A DNA stretch of 32,000 nt from Candidatus Saccharimonadota bacterium (lineage in GTDB: Archaea > Nanobdellota > Nanobdellia > Pacearchaeales > GW2011-AR1): contig JAFCEL010000001.1 in NCBI GenBank assembly GCA_017609205.1, positions 150,001 to 182,000 of the forward strand, given 5' to 3'. Below the pieces are notes generated by a model. That model made no database searches. It was not told the DNA's origin and saw only the letters and a program-made list of their open reading frames with translations. Shown piece by piece: positions 1 through 9,889 of this stretch (within the stretch, counting starts at the first letter, position 1; every line of letters begins with the position of its first letter). A program made the position numbers and the translations under genes.

Positions 1-360
1 CTTGAATTGGGTGATGCAATAAAATCCAGAGATGATGAAAAAATTAAACAAGTAAATAGAGAGGTTGCTAAACAAATGAGGGATTTGGCTGAAATTGCAA
101 GGAAAAAAAAGATTCCTGTAATAATAACAAATCAAGTTTATTCAGAATTTATAAAAGAAGATGAATGGGGAAACAAAACCGAAAGAGCTACAACCATTGT
201 AGGAGGAGATTTATTTAAATATTGGAGTAAATGTATAATTGAATTAAAATATGAAAAAGGGAAAAGAAAAGCTATTTTATTGAAACACAGAAGTTTACCT
301 GAAAAAGAGATTAATTTTGAAATAACCCACAAAGGGATAAAAAAAAGAGGCTTATTCTAA
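1..360 (+). CDS. radB: RecA-superfamily recombinase, RadB-like, C-terminal part (5' end lies outside the window)
   Basis: The frame is open from nt 1, so the track start at 7 is an in-frame TTG and not a real start. IPVIITNQVY strand and GGDLFKYWSKCIIELK...ILLKHRSLPEKEINFEITHKGI tail resemble short archaeal RadA/RadB paralogs. Confidence 0.55.
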   Translation, partial: LELGDAIKSRDDEKIKQVNREVAKQMRDLAEIARKKKIPVIITNQVYSEFIKEDEWGNKTERATTIVGGDLFKYWSKCIIELKYEKGKRKAILLKHRSLPEKEINFEITHKGIKKRGLF

Positions 361-412
361 AATATACTTTGAATCAAACTAATTCTTTTAAACCATTCTT
401 TCAAATAAAACT

Positions 413-985
413 ATGATTGAAATATTAGGAGACTTTAAAAAAATCTCAGGAAATTCCGCAATAATCTTTGATACAAGTTCATTAGTAAAACACTCTTCCT
501 GCTCTAATGGAGGTAACGGAAATAGATGCCATAAGAGAAAATTTCTTCATGAATTAATTGATTCTCTTAATGACGGAAGAGAGATATTTATAACTGAAGA
601 GGTCTTAAAAGAATATCTCAGATTTTTAAAAGGAAAATCAAAATGGATGAGACCCTATAGAAAACTAATAGATTCTTTCAATTCTAATGGAAGAATTTTT
701 AATTACAACAAACTCCAGTATAGTGAACAAAAAGAATACAAAAGAATAGAGCAGACATATTACCATCTTGCAAAAAGACACAAACTCCATGGAGCAGATT
801 TTGGATTATTTGTTACAGGAGTTATTTTCTCAAAAACATTCCCAGATGGTGCAGGATTAATCACCAATGATAAAGGAATTCGAAAGACAATAAAGGATTT
901 TCTAGATTACTCTCCGAGTTATTCCAGCAAACTATGGACTGCTGAAAGAGAGGATATAAATTTATTCAAAAAAGTTGTCTATTAA
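413..985 (+). CDS. PIN-domain-like nuclease (hypothetical)
   Basis: Four acidic positions spaced as in PIN domains: IIFDTSSL, ITEEVLKE, GADFGLF, LITNDKGI. A Cys/His-containing insert (CSNGGNGNRCHKRK) follows the first motif. Confidence 0.45.
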   Translation: MIEILGDFKKISGNSAIIFDTSSLVKHSSCSNGGNGNRCHKRKFLHELIDSLNDGREIFITEEVLKEYLRFLKGKSKWMRPYRKLIDSFNSNGRIFNYNKLQYSEQKEYKRIEQTYYHLAKRHKLHGADFGLFVTGVIFSKTFPDGAGLITNDKGIRKTIKDFLDYSPSYSSKLWTAEREDINLFKKVVY

Positions 986-1038
986 TTTACCTTTAAGTTG
1001 TAATAAATAAATATAAACAATTTTCTCTTGCTTATCTT

Positions 1039-2244
1039 ATGTCAGATGTCAAATTCGAGGTTATCAGAAAGATTGCAGAGGTGAAGTTCAAGTATAAAAA
1101 TCTTGGGGAAATCTCAAGAGTTGATTCAATATCTCCACCAAGTGTTTTTATTGGTTCTGGATTAAAATATCCCCAAGTTAATGTCGGAATTCTCTCACCA
1201 ATTGAAAAAGACAAGAATGCCTGGCTTTATGATGATGAAAGATATTGGGCAGAAAATGATTTTGAAATAAAAGAGGTTCTTCAACTAAGAAACAATCTTT
1301 TAAACTCAAGATTTCGGTCAAATGTCCAGGATTCCAGGCTCAATAAAAAATTTGTAGAAATTGCAAAAGAAGTAGCTATCTCTTACAGACCTGTAGATAT
1401 TGAAATAGAATTGAAAAACAGAATGAGATTTCAAAGAGAAAAAGACAGGATTGCAACACCTAATGGAATACGTGCTAGCCTTAAACAAGCAAGAATAACA
1501 GGGAATGTGAAAATTCACCGAAAGGTGGACAAAGTCATTAATGATGAGATAAGAGCATCAGAAGGGATCGAATACCTCTATAAAAGCAAGTTTGATGAAT
1601 ATGCCCTAAATCAAATTTTAAGTGTTGGTGTTCTTGGGATGAAAAAAGACAGAAAACTTGTTCCAACAAGGTGGAGCATCACAGCTACAGATGATATGAT
1701 TGGAAAATTTCTCATCAAAAAAATTAAAGAATATAAATGGATGGAAGATTATGAATTATTTTTTGGGGAATTTTTAGGTAATCAATATTTAATTCTATTT
1801 TTCCCTGATATATGGAGTTATGAATTATTTGAGTTATATCTTCCCAAAAGCTCATGGAATCCTTCTGGAGAGATAAAAGCCTCGACGGATTTTGAGGGAT
1901 ATTCTGGAAGAAAAGGATATGCTTTTGCAACTGCAGGTGGCTATTATGCAACTCGCCTTCCAATTTTAGAATACCTAAAAAGAATAAAGAGACAGGCAAG
2001 TGTCCTTGTGATAAGGATTGAAACACCTTCTTACTGGGCTTCTCTTGGTGTCTGGGTAGTTCGCGAGAGTGTGAGGAAAGCGTTGAAGAAAACAGGAATG
2101 AAATTTAAGAGTCGAGAAGAGCTAGTTAAAAGCGCAAAAAAAATTGGAAAACTAAAGTTTAATTTTGATTATGATTTTGTTCTGCAGAAAAGTAGAATTC
2201 TCAAAGAGAAAAAAGAGCAAAGGCATCTTGGTGAGTGGTTTTAA
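1039..2244 (+). CDS. Nre-family archaeal DNA repair protein (DUF650/DUF651-like)
   Basis: 401 aa. The N-terminal SPPSVFIGSGLKYPQVNVGILSP motif and overall length match my memory of archaeal NreA/NreB proteins. The gene sits next to radB-like and PIN genes. Confidence 0.5.
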   Translation: MSDVKFEVIRKIAEVKFKYKNLGEISRVDSISPPSVFIGSGLKYPQVNVGILSPIEKDKNAWLYDDERYWAENDFEIKEVLQLRNNLLNSRFRSNVQDSRLNKKFVEIAKEVAISYRPVDIEIELKNRMRFQREKDRIATPNGIRASLKQARITGNVKIHRKVDKVINDEIRASEGIEYLYKSKFDEYALNQILSVGVLGMKKDRKLVPTRWSITATDDMIGKFLIKKIKEYKWMEDYELFFGEFLGNQYLILFFPDIWSYELFELYLPKSSWNPSGEIKASTDFEGYSGRKGYAFATAGGYYATRLPILEYLKRIKRQASVLVIRIETPSYWASLGVWVVRESVRKALKKTGMKFKSREELVKSAKKIGKLKFNFDYDFVLQKSRILKEKKEQRHLGEWF

Positions 2245-2245
2245 T

Positions 2246-2953
2246 TTAAAAAGGGTAGGGGATTTCAACATTTGCTTCAGTGATCATTTTTTTATGTTTA
2301 TATTTCTCCAATTCTTTATCTACATATTTATCCCCAAGATAAATTGCTGTTTCTCCAAGACCCTGTCCTCCAATATAAATTTTTTTTGAGCGGTTTGTTT
2401 TCCAAATATCGTCTTTTTTGAAAAGAAATGTTTCTGGAAGTCTAAAGATATCAGGATCTATAAATATTTTTGCGTCACCTTCTTCCCACGCTGTTGAATT
2501 TCTGCCGAGGACAAATTGTTTTTCTACTTGAACATAAAGACGTCTAAATGACTCTTCAACCTCAAATTCACAATGTCCTGAGATAATCCCTGTTTCCATA
2601 ATACTATTGTTTCTATCAGAAGGTTCTCCCTTAATTTTATCAACGTAAATAGATAATATTTTTTCCCCTTTTAACCCTTCAACTCTCATAACGAACCTTT
2701 TAACTAAGGGAATTCTATCAAATACATCTTCATAAAAATTTCCAAAACAATAATCTAAAAGAGGATCTGAAATTTGTTCCTTATTTGATAATTGTTTTTT
2801 AATGCTCCTTTCTAATTTCTTTCTTGATTCTAATAATTTATCTAATGTATTAGAAGCCCTTATTCCACCTTTTTTTATCTCAGAAATCTCCCTATGGATT
2901 TTTATCACCTCTTTTACTTTTTCCTCTAGTGTTCCAGAGATTAGGGAGTTCAT
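2246..2953 (-). CDS. hypothetical protein (N-terminal coiled coil, beta-rich C-terminal part)
   Basis: Long ORF with typical local codon usage. It converges on the Nre-like gene with a 1-nt gap. No family recognised. Confidence 0.5.
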   Translation of the reverse strand: MNSLISGTLEEKVKEVIKIHREISEIKKGGIRASNTLDKLLESRKKLERSIKKQLSNKEQISDPLLDYCFGNFYEDVFDRIPLVKRFVMRVEGLKGEKILSIYVDKIKGEPSDRNNSIMETGIISGHCEFEVEESFRRLYVQVEKQFVLGRNSTAWEEGDAKIFIDPDIFRLPETFLFKKDDIWKTNRSKKIYIGGQGLGETAIYLGDKYVDKELEKYKHKKMITEANVEIPYPF

Positions 2954-3144
2954 TTTTAAAATAAAATTTTGTACTTTTAAGGATTATGCTAATATTATAG
3001 ATATTACAGAGGCAGTTATAGAGTTAAAGAATCTTTAGAGAATTGTTCTAAACCGTTAAAATCAAGTAATTTAATTAAGTTTGATTTATAAATTTAATCA
3101 AATCCGTGATTTTGTATAACCTATTCTTAAACATTATTATCTTG

Positions 3145-5511
3145 TTATTCTTTTCTTTTTTTATATTCTTCTATCCTCTCCTTATTTTTAGGGCATTCTG
3201 GATTAAAACAAAAAATCCACGGCTTCTTGCCTCTTGAAATTCTCTTTAGCATCGGAAAACCACATTCCTCACAAAATTTTTCTGTTTTTTTAATAACCCC
3301 GTTAGGTGGAAGAGAATAAGTATTTGTGCATTCAGGGTATTTATCACAACTTACGAATTGCCTCTTATTTTTTCTTGAATAGTTTATCATTAATTTTCCT
3401 TTTTTACAAACAGGACAGTCGTTAAGTTTATTCTCTTCCCTTTGCTGCTCAATAAATTCGTCCTGTGCTTCAATAAGTTCTTCACCTATCTCTTTCTCAT
3501 GCTTCTCAAAGTCCTCGATGATTGTTGTGATTATCCTTTTTGCTCGCTCTATAATCTTATTCTTCTTAATCTCAAAGTCCTTCTTAGATTTCTCGATGGA
3601 TTCCATATCCTTCTCAAAATTCCTAGTCAGATTTTCATCAATGATTATAGGAGAGTATTTTTCAAGGGTTGTAATAAGAGACATTCCAATAGGGGTGGCT
3701 TCAATAGATTTTTCCTTAATATAACCCCTATCATAGAGAGTTTCTAAAATCGCGGAGCGTGTTGCTTTTGTTCCGAGATTTCTTTTTTCAAGTTCAGAAA
3801 CTATGGAAGCCGGAGAATATCTTTTTGGTGGCTTGGTCTCTTTTTCCTCAACTCTCGAATCAACGATTTTCACTTTTCCATTTAAATCAGGAATCTCTTC
3901 TTCCTGAAGTTTAGAGGGATAAAATTCCAGCCACGCTCTTTTCTTGATAGCAGAACCTCTTTTGACAAAATCCTTATCCTCAACAGAAATCTTTATCCTC
4001 TTATTTTCAATAATTGCATCTTCACAAAACAAAGCCAAAAATCTCTTAACAATTAATTCGTAGATTTTCTCCTCTTCACCTGACAAAATCTGCTTCTCTC
4101 CTGTAGGATAAATTGACGGATGAGCAGGATCAGATTTTTTCCCTTCAAGAGGTTTATCTCTCACCATCAAATGCCCAACATTGTATTCTTTAGCAAGTTT
4201 CTCTTTTATAGATCTATAATTAACTGAATCAGGTAATTTCTGGGAAGAAGTTCTTGGATAGGATATTAATCCTGCAAGATAAAGGGATTGAGCGATTTGT
4301 AAAGTTCTTGAAGGAGTGATACCATAAAATTTGTAAGCTTCTGTCTGAAGGGTAGTTAAATTAAAAGGTGTTTGAGGAGAGAGTCTTTGTTCTTTCTTTT
4401 CTGTAATGGCCTCGCCTTCTCTCCCAACAAGATTCTCAAACTGAACCAACTCTTTTTTATCAAAAATATCCTTAACATATTTTAATTCTAATTTATGCGA
4501 TTTTTCTGTAATGAAAACCTGCCAATAAGGTTGTGGCTTAAAAGCACGGATTTCTCTTTCTTTTTTAACAATTAAATTTAAAGCAGGACCCTGAACTCTT
4601 CCTATGGACATTATCTTAAATCTTCCAACAGATTTTATTGAATTCATCAACGCTCTTGATAAATTTATTCCATAAAACCAATCAAGATAATGCCTTGTCT
4701 CTCCTGCAATTGCCTGATTCCAAAAGATGCTCTTAGATTTCTTTTCATAAGAATCATTTAATTCCTTAGAAGTCAAGGTTGAAAATTTCATTCTATTAGC
4801 ATCCTCCTGCCCACATAAATAGCGAACAATATTCATACCAATAACCTCTCCTTCCACATCAAAGTCAGTTGCAATAGTTAAATTTCCTGCATTTTTTGCC
4901 AATTTTAAAATCGCATCATAATATCTTTTTGTAAAATCATTTTTTCTTACAAGATAATTGGGAACCCATTTAATATCAAATATAGGAATATCAGAACCAC
5001 GAACATTTTGGCTAAGAGTGAATAAATGCCCAACAGCACAAGCAACAAGGATTTTCCTCCCTTCCCTGTCTACTTCATAATAAGAAATTTTATTGAGAGA
5101 TTTCTGTGAAGCTTTTCCTAAAGCATTAGCAATCTTCGAAGCTGCTTGAGGTTTTTCTGTAATGATTAATTCGTATCCTTCTTTTTTAAGAGAAATCTTA
5201 GGAGGAGAGTATTCTTTCACTTTTTTGTTTTTTGTATTCTTTCTGGCTGTCTTTTTTCTCCGGAATATTCTTGATTTTTTCTGAACAATCTTCTCAAGAG
5301 ATTTTCTCTCTGGTCTTTTATATTCCTTTTCTACAACTTTCTTAACATCACTCTTTCTATCCTTAACATGAATTTCAACAGGTTCTAAGAAATCTTTTTC
5401 AAGATCTTTCTCTTCCTTCTCAATAGTGTGTTTTAGATTACTTTCATCAACAGGAAAATATTCTTCTACGACTTTTTCTTGTTTTGATTTGACTTTCCTC
5501 TTACGTAGCAT
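3145..5511 (-). CDS. topA: DNA topoisomerase, type IA, with C-terminal zinc ribbons and a K/E-rich N-terminal extension
   Basis: Toprim motifs ELIITEKPQAA and ATDFDVEGEVIG. Active-site tyrosine context GLISYPRTSSQKL. C-terminal CPVCKKGK...CDKYPEC and CEECGFP...CFNPEC zinc ribbons. TATA-like CTATAAAAA lies about 25-30 nt upstream of the ATG on the minus strand. Confidence 0.93.
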   Translation of the reverse strand: MLRKRKVKSKQEKVVEEYFPVDESNLKHTIEKEEKDLEKDFLEPVEIHVKDRKSDVKKVVEKEYKRPERKSLEKIVQKKSRIFRRKKTARKNTKNKKVKEYSPPKISLKKEGYELIITEKPQAASKIANALGKASQKSLNKISYYEVDREGRKILVACAVGHLFTLSQNVRGSDIPIFDIKWVPNYLVRKNDFTKRYYDAILKLAKNAGNLTIATDFDVEGEVIGMNIVRYLCGQEDANRMKFSTLTSKELNDSYEKKSKSIFWNQAIAGETRHYLDWFYGINLSRALMNSIKSVGRFKIMSIGRVQGPALNLIVKKEREIRAFKPQPYWQVFITEKSHKLELKYVKDIFDKKELVQFENLVGREGEAITEKKEQRLSPQTPFNLTTLQTEAYKFYGITPSRTLQIAQSLYLAGLISYPRTSSQKLPDSVNYRSIKEKLAKEYNVGHLMVRDKPLEGKKSDPAHPSIYPTGEKQILSGEEEKIYELIVKRFLALFCEDAIIENKRIKISVEDKDFVKRGSAIKKRAWLEFYPSKLQEEEIPDLNGKVKIVDSRVEEKETKPPKRYSPASIVSELEKRNLGTKATRSAILETLYDRGYIKEKSIEATPIGMSLITTLEKYSPIIIDENLTRNFEKDMESIEKSKKDFEIKKNKIIERAKRIITTIIEDFEKHEKEIGEELIEAQDEFIEQQREENKLNDCPVCKKGKLMINYSRKNKRQFVSCDKYPECTNTYSLPPNGVIKKTEKFCEECGFPMLKRISRGKKPWIFCFNPECPKNKERIEEYKKRKE

Positions 5512-5544
5512 ATTCTTACTTAGAAGGAGGGTTTTTATAGATTT

Positions 5545-6156
5545 TTAAATCTCAATAATCTTTCCCTTCTTTCCAACATTAATAACTCTTGTCTTTCCAA
5601 TTTTCTCTTCAATTCCTTCTGCCTCATGAATATGTCCTGATAAAAGAATATCTGGTTTAAATTCCTTAATCGCTTTTCTAATTCCCTTACTCCCCCTAAA
5701 CCCAGAGAACTCTGCCTTTGACTTAAATGGATGCATATGCGTTACCATAATCTTTTTTTTAAGATTTTTAATTCTGCTATGAGCCTTTTCTAATGTTCTA
5801 AAAAATTCTTTCTCAGACATAGGAGACATGCCAAAATCAGCTCCGCCTGCCCCAAAGACTCCAACGTCATCTTTTACAAAAGAATAACCATGAAGATTAG
5901 TTGCCTCGTCATAGATTTGGCTCAAAAAATCAATAGTTGCAAGAGACTCATGATTTCCATGCAAAAGTAATACAGGTTTCTTAAGGCTAGCAAAAGGTCC
6001 AATAAGATTCTCTGTTGAATTTTCAAAAAGAGTTAAATCCCCAGCAAGGATAATCATATCAACGTTTTCTTTTTTCGCCATTTCAGATAGGCGCTTAACA
6101 AGTCCTGTATCTCCATGAATATCCCCTGCTGCAAGGATTTTTGTTTTTTTAACCAT
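5545..6156 (-). CDS. metallophosphoesterase (calcineurin-like, MJ0936/YfcE type)
   Basis: ILAAGDIHGD, ILAGDL, GNHE and GHIH motifs. Start moved to the internal Met (MVKKTKIL) because TTTATATTAAAATA lies about 25 nt upstream of it, and the longer track ORF adds a non-conserved, promoter-overlapping extension. Confidence 0.85.
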   Translation of the reverse strand: MVKKTKILAAGDIHGDTGLVKRLSEMAKKENVDMIILAGDLTLFENSTENLIGPFASLKKPVLLLHGNHESLATIDFLSQIYDEATNLHGYSFVKDDVGVFGAGGADFGMSPMSEKEFFRTLEKAHSRIKNLKKKIMVTHMHPFKSKAEFSGFRGSKGIRKAIKEFKPDILLSGHIHEAEGIEEKIGKTRVINVGKKGKIIEI

Positions 6157-6269
6157 AAAAAAGAAATATTTTAATATAAATAAAACCTTCGTATTTTTAC
6201 TACTATATCCTAGAAAATATATATTACAAAACATTTAAAAGGTCACTACTTTCTGAATATATAGATAAA

Positions 6270-6551
6270 ATGCCTCGATCTAAGATGAAAGACAATTTTG
6301 ATATCTTTTTTAGAAGAAAGCCTGCAATGATGCTGGTTTCTCTTAAAAAGAACTCACGGATGAGGTATGGTAGTGTTTTAGCAAAAGAAGTTGACTGCAC
6401 ATACAGTCACGCAGTTAAAATCTTGCAAACACTTGAGAACTTAAAACTAGTTCTTTTTGAGAAAAGGGGGAGGATAAAAGTAATCAAGTTGACAAAGAAA
6501 GGTCAAGAAGTTGCAGACGCTATAGAAAACATTCAGAGATTGATTAAATAA
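6270..6551 (+). CDS. small winged helix-turn-helix DNA-binding protein (MarR/ArsR-like)
   Basis: 93 aa. YGSVLAKEVDCTYSHAVKILQTLENLKLVLFEKRGRIKVIKLTKKG has the helix-turn-helix plus wing pattern. Confidence 0.55.
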   Translation: MPRSKMKDNFDIFFRRKPAMMLVSLKKNSRMRYGSVLAKEVDCTYSHAVKILQTLENLKLVLFEKRGRIKVIKLTKKGQEVADAIENIQRLIK

Positions 6552-6718
6552 CTACCTGCCCTGAAAGAATTGAATGACGTATAGATAGTTAGCAGCAGGT
6601 CATACTTATTAAGAATTTTCTAATTTAATTACAGAAGTTTAAGATAACAACAATTATTTAAACTTCTTAAAATCTAATATTAAAGTATTATATACAACCA
6701 TTCTGACTACAAAGAAAT

Positions 6719-6793
6719 GGTCCCGTAGCTCAGCCTGGTTAGAGCACCAGACTCTTAATCTGGGTGTCGGGGGTTCAAATCCCTCCGGGGCCA
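6719..6793 (+). tRNA. tRNA-Lys (anticodon CUU), no intron
   Basis: Hand-drawn cloverleaf. Acceptor GGUCCCG/CGGGGCC. D arm GCUC-AGCCUGGUUA-GAGC. Anticodon arm CCAGA-CUCUUAA-UCUGG. V loop GUGUC. T arm GGGGG-UUCAAAU-CCCUC. Discriminator A, CCA not encoded. TTATATA box about 28 nt upstream. Confidence 0.93.
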
Positions 6794-6878
6794 TTCTGAT
6801 TTAAACAGAAGAAGATTATTCCTTCTGAAAACCACAATCCTAAACTTTATTAATACAGACTCTTTTCTTTTGTAAAAG

Positions 6879-8501
6879 ATGGTGAACGCAGCATTAATTG
6901 CAATCATAGGAATTTTGTTTTTAATTATAAATTACTTTTTGTATGGAAGATTTGTTGAAAGGAAAATAAAGCCTACAAATAAAAAAACTCCAGCTCATAC
7001 GAATAGAGATAAAACTGATTATTATCCTGCAAATAAGTTTTTTCTATTTGGACATCATTTTGCATCAATAGCAGGAGCAGGTCCAATCATTGGTCCAATT
7101 CTCGCTGTCTCATATTTTGGATGGTTCTTCGTCGCTGTTTGGATAATTCTTGGAACGATTTTCATTGGAGCCGTTCATGACTATCTCTCCCTTATGATCT
7201 CTGTTAGAAATAAGGGACAAGGAATCTCAGAAATAACAGAGAAAACCTTGAATAAGAAATCAGGAAAGATTTTTGCATTCATGATTTACCTCACTCTTGT
7301 TCTGATAATTTCTGTTTTTTCTATATCTGCTGCAGAGAGCATAATTTTTCAACCAAGTTTAGTGATTCCTATAATTGCAATCTCAATAATAGCCTTTGCT
7401 CTTGGTCTAGCAGTTTATAAATTTAAGAAAAATGCTTTAATCTCTACGATAATTGCATTGATTTTCGCCTTCTTCTTTATGTATCTTGGCTACAAAATTC
7501 CAATAACACTACCATTCTCATTAGCAACTCAAAAATTTATATGGACAACAATTTTTATTTCCTACGGGGCAATTGCATCATTAATACCTGTCTGGATATT
7601 TCTGCAACCTAGAGATTATATCAGCTCAATCCAATTAATCTTATTTCTCTTTCTCGGATTTGTATCTATTATGATAACAAAACCAGTATTAAATTCTCCG
7701 ATGATAATAAGAGGAAATTTTCCTATTTGGCCAATTTTATTTATAACAGTAGCATGTGGTGCAGTTTCTGGGTTTCACTCCCTTGTTGCTTCAGGAACAA
7801 CTTCAAAACAACTTGCAAAAGAAAAAGATGGGAAATTCGTTGGATATGGCGGAATGATAGCAGAAGGGCTTTTAGCATTGCTTGTCTTATTAATGGTATC
7901 GTCATTAAAATGGGATTCAGGAAATTTAAACTTTATAGATTCCCTAAATAAAAACTGGGTTGTAGCATTCGGAAACGGATTCGCAAACATGGTTTCACAA
8001 ACCGGGATATCTTTCTTAACATTCTCAATAGTGAGTTTAATTGGAGTATTCATGGTAAACCAATTCATTTTAACTTCTTTAGACACTTCAACAAGACTCT
8101 CAAGAATTGTTATCTCAGAAACATTAAGAACAAAAATTTTCAAAAATAAATTAATAGGTGTTTTGGTAACAATAATTCCCGCATATATTATTGCAATAAC
8201 AAGTGTATACTCAAATATCTGGAGACTATTCGGAAGTGCAAATCAATTAATTGCAGCAGTTGCTCTAATCACAATTTCTGCATATTTCATAGAACACAAA
8301 AAAAAGATAAAATTTTTGATCATTCCTACAATATTTATGATAGTTACGACAATCTCTGCAATTGCTTATGGATTATTCAACGACAAAGGATACATAGCAA
8401 CAGGAAATTGGATTCTAACAATTATTTCCTTTGCACTCCTCATACTAGCCTTAGTCATTTCTTATGAGGGATTTCAGATAATAAAAAATGGTAAAAAATA
8501 A
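6879..8501 (+). CDS. cstA: carbon starvation protein CstA-family transporter
   Basis: Polytopic membrane protein with the CstA signature FLFGHHFASIAGAGPIIGPILA near the N-terminus. 540 aa. Confidence 0.85.
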   Translation: MVNAALIAIIGILFLIINYFLYGRFVERKIKPTNKKTPAHTNRDKTDYYPANKFFLFGHHFASIAGAGPIIGPILAVSYFGWFFVAVWIILGTIFIGAVHDYLSLMISVRNKGQGISEITEKTLNKKSGKIFAFMIYLTLVLIISVFSISAAESIIFQPSLVIPIIAISIIAFALGLAVYKFKKNALISTIIALIFAFFFMYLGYKIPITLPFSLATQKFIWTTIFISYGAIASLIPVWIFLQPRDYISSIQLILFLFLGFVSIMITKPVLNSPMIIRGNFPIWPILFITVACGAVSGFHSLVASGTTSKQLAKEKDGKFVGYGGMIAEGLLALLVLLMVSSLKWDSGNLNFIDSLNKNWVVAFGNGFANMVSQTGISFLTFSIVSLIGVFMVNQFILTSLDTSTRLSRIVISETLRTKIFKNKLIGVLVTIIPAYIIAITSVYSNIWRLFGSANQLIAAVALITISAYFIEHKKKIKFLIIPTIFMIVTTISAIAYGLFNDKGYIATGNWILTIISFALLILALVISYEGFQIIKNGKK

Positions 8502-9852
8502 AGAAAGCTTAAAACACCAAGCAAGAAACTATAGTATAAAAAGAGGAATCTTTAACTCAGCAAGAACCTCTTTTGGAGAAAGATTCTTTGAACCTTTTGC
8601 AATTGCAATTAATACAAGCAGCCCAATGGTTGCTTTAATTTCTTCTATGAAGGGTTTACTCGGTCCAATAAGCCAATTAATAAGCTATAGAAGTATTGAA
8701 AATCACAAAAGAAAGGATGTTGTTTATAAGTTTTCATTAATAGAAATTTTTGCTTGGATCCCCCTAATATTAATTGCACTTCTTTTCTATAAAGGATTGA
8801 TTCCAGATTATCTTCCCCTAATCCTTCTTCTTTTCATAGGAATGATAATTTTTGCGGATAATGCAACAATTCCTGCATGGTTCTCCTGGATGGGGGATAT
8901 CGTCAATAAGAGAAATAGAGGAGATTTTTTCTCAAGGAGGAATATCCTGAATAATTTTGTAGCAGCAGCAACAGCGATTATAGCATCATTTTTTCTTGAT
9001 TATTCAAAGAAACAGGGATGGATAATACAAGGTTTTATAGTTTTATTTGTCTTAGCAATAATCTCAAAAACTTTGACATTAAAGGTTATAAAAAAACAAT
9101 ATGAACCAAAAATAAAGTTTAAAAAAGATAAATTTTGCTTTTTTGAGTTTATATTAAGTTCTCCACGAACTAATTTTGGAAAACTAGCAATTTACCGCAT
9201 GTTATTTACTTTTGCAGGAGCTGTTTCTTCGTCACTTCTTGCAGTTTATCTTCTTCGTTATTTGAATCTCTCTTATTCCACGTATATAATTATAATCTTA
9301 TCGGGGTCATTCCTGTCTCTCTTTGCATTGAAATTCTGGGGTATTATATCTGATACTTACGGAAACTATCAACTAATCTCAATAGCTTCTGCAATTCTCC
9401 CTCTTACATCTATTCTATGGATTCTAAGTGACAACCCCTTTTACTTAGTATTTATCCCCTCTACAATAAGCGGAATTTGTTGGGCAGGATTTCATCTTGC
9501 AGAAAATAATTTCATATATGATAACATACCAAAAGAAAAACGAGGAAAAGCTGTTGCGTATTACAACATGTTTTGGGGAGCAGGAATGTTTTTCGGAGGC
9601 GGACTTGGAGCATTTCTTATAAAATACCTCAATTTTAATTTTATAGAGCCAATAATAGCCATATTTATTCTAAGCAGTTTCTTAAAAATAGGCGTTGTTC
9701 TCTGGTGGATTCCAAAGATAAAAGAAATAAGAAAGACAGAGAAATTTGATGTAAAAGATTTTGTAAAGAAGAATTTGATAAGAAATGGTGTCCACACTAT
9801 TAACGAAGAAATCAACCAAATAAGGTCAATCCCACATTATCTGCAAATATAA
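8488..9852 (+). CDS. MFS-type membrane transporter
   Basis: About 12 predicted hydrophobic segments in two halves separated by a basic loop (KKQYEPKIKFKKDK). Overlaps cstA by 14 nt, which suggests co-expression. Confidence 0.6.
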   Translation: MVKNKESLKHQARNYSIKRGIFNSARTSFGERFFEPFAIAINTSSPMVALISSMKGLLGPISQLISYRSIENHKRKDVVYKFSLIEIFAWIPLILIALLFYKGLIPDYLPLILLLFIGMIIFADNATIPAWFSWMGDIVNKRNRGDFFSRRNILNNFVAAATAIIASFFLDYSKKQGWIIQGFIVLFVLAIISKTLTLKVIKKQYEPKIKFKKDKFCFFEFILSSPRTNFGKLAIYRMLFTFAGAVSSSLLAVYLLRYLNLSYSTYIIIILSGSFLSLFALKFWGIISDTYGNYQLISIASAILPLTSILWILSDNPFYLVFIPSTISGICWAGFHLAENNFIYDNIPKEKRGKAVAYYNMFWGAGMFFGGGLGAFLIKYLNFNFIEPIIAIFILSSFLKIGVVLWWIPKIKEIRKTEKFDVKDFVKKNLIRNGVHTINEEINQIRSIPHYLQI

Positions 9853-9889
9853 TAAAAAGATATTTAAACAACCTGAGATTTGATTCCCT

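Noticed and set aside
2165-3038. Track ORFs 2165-2389 and 2802-3038 at the edges of the Nre-like gene and the 235-aa hypothetical gene.
   Set aside because: They overlap better-supported genes on the same or the opposite strand. The hydrophobic, low-complexity translations are typical of shadow ORFs.
6157-6234. N-terminal extensions of track ORFs: 5545-6234, 18391-19035, 24186-24893, 24875-25405, 26028-26843. Also the non-ATG track starts at 7, 21190, 25411 and 30196.
   Set aside because: The extensions run through TATA boxes or into neighbouring genes and add non-conserved hydrophobic residues. Internal ATGs give family-typical N-termini at the correct promoter distance.
6633-6667. 10-bp inverted repeat AGAAGTTTAA...TTAAACTTCT about 50 nt upstream of tRNA-Lys. 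A similar one, TTTGATT...AATCAAA, lies near 3100-3125 downstream of topA.
   Set aside because: These are pure A/T-rich stems in AT-rich spacers. They may be terminator hairpins, but they are not distinguishable from chance without transcript 3' end data.
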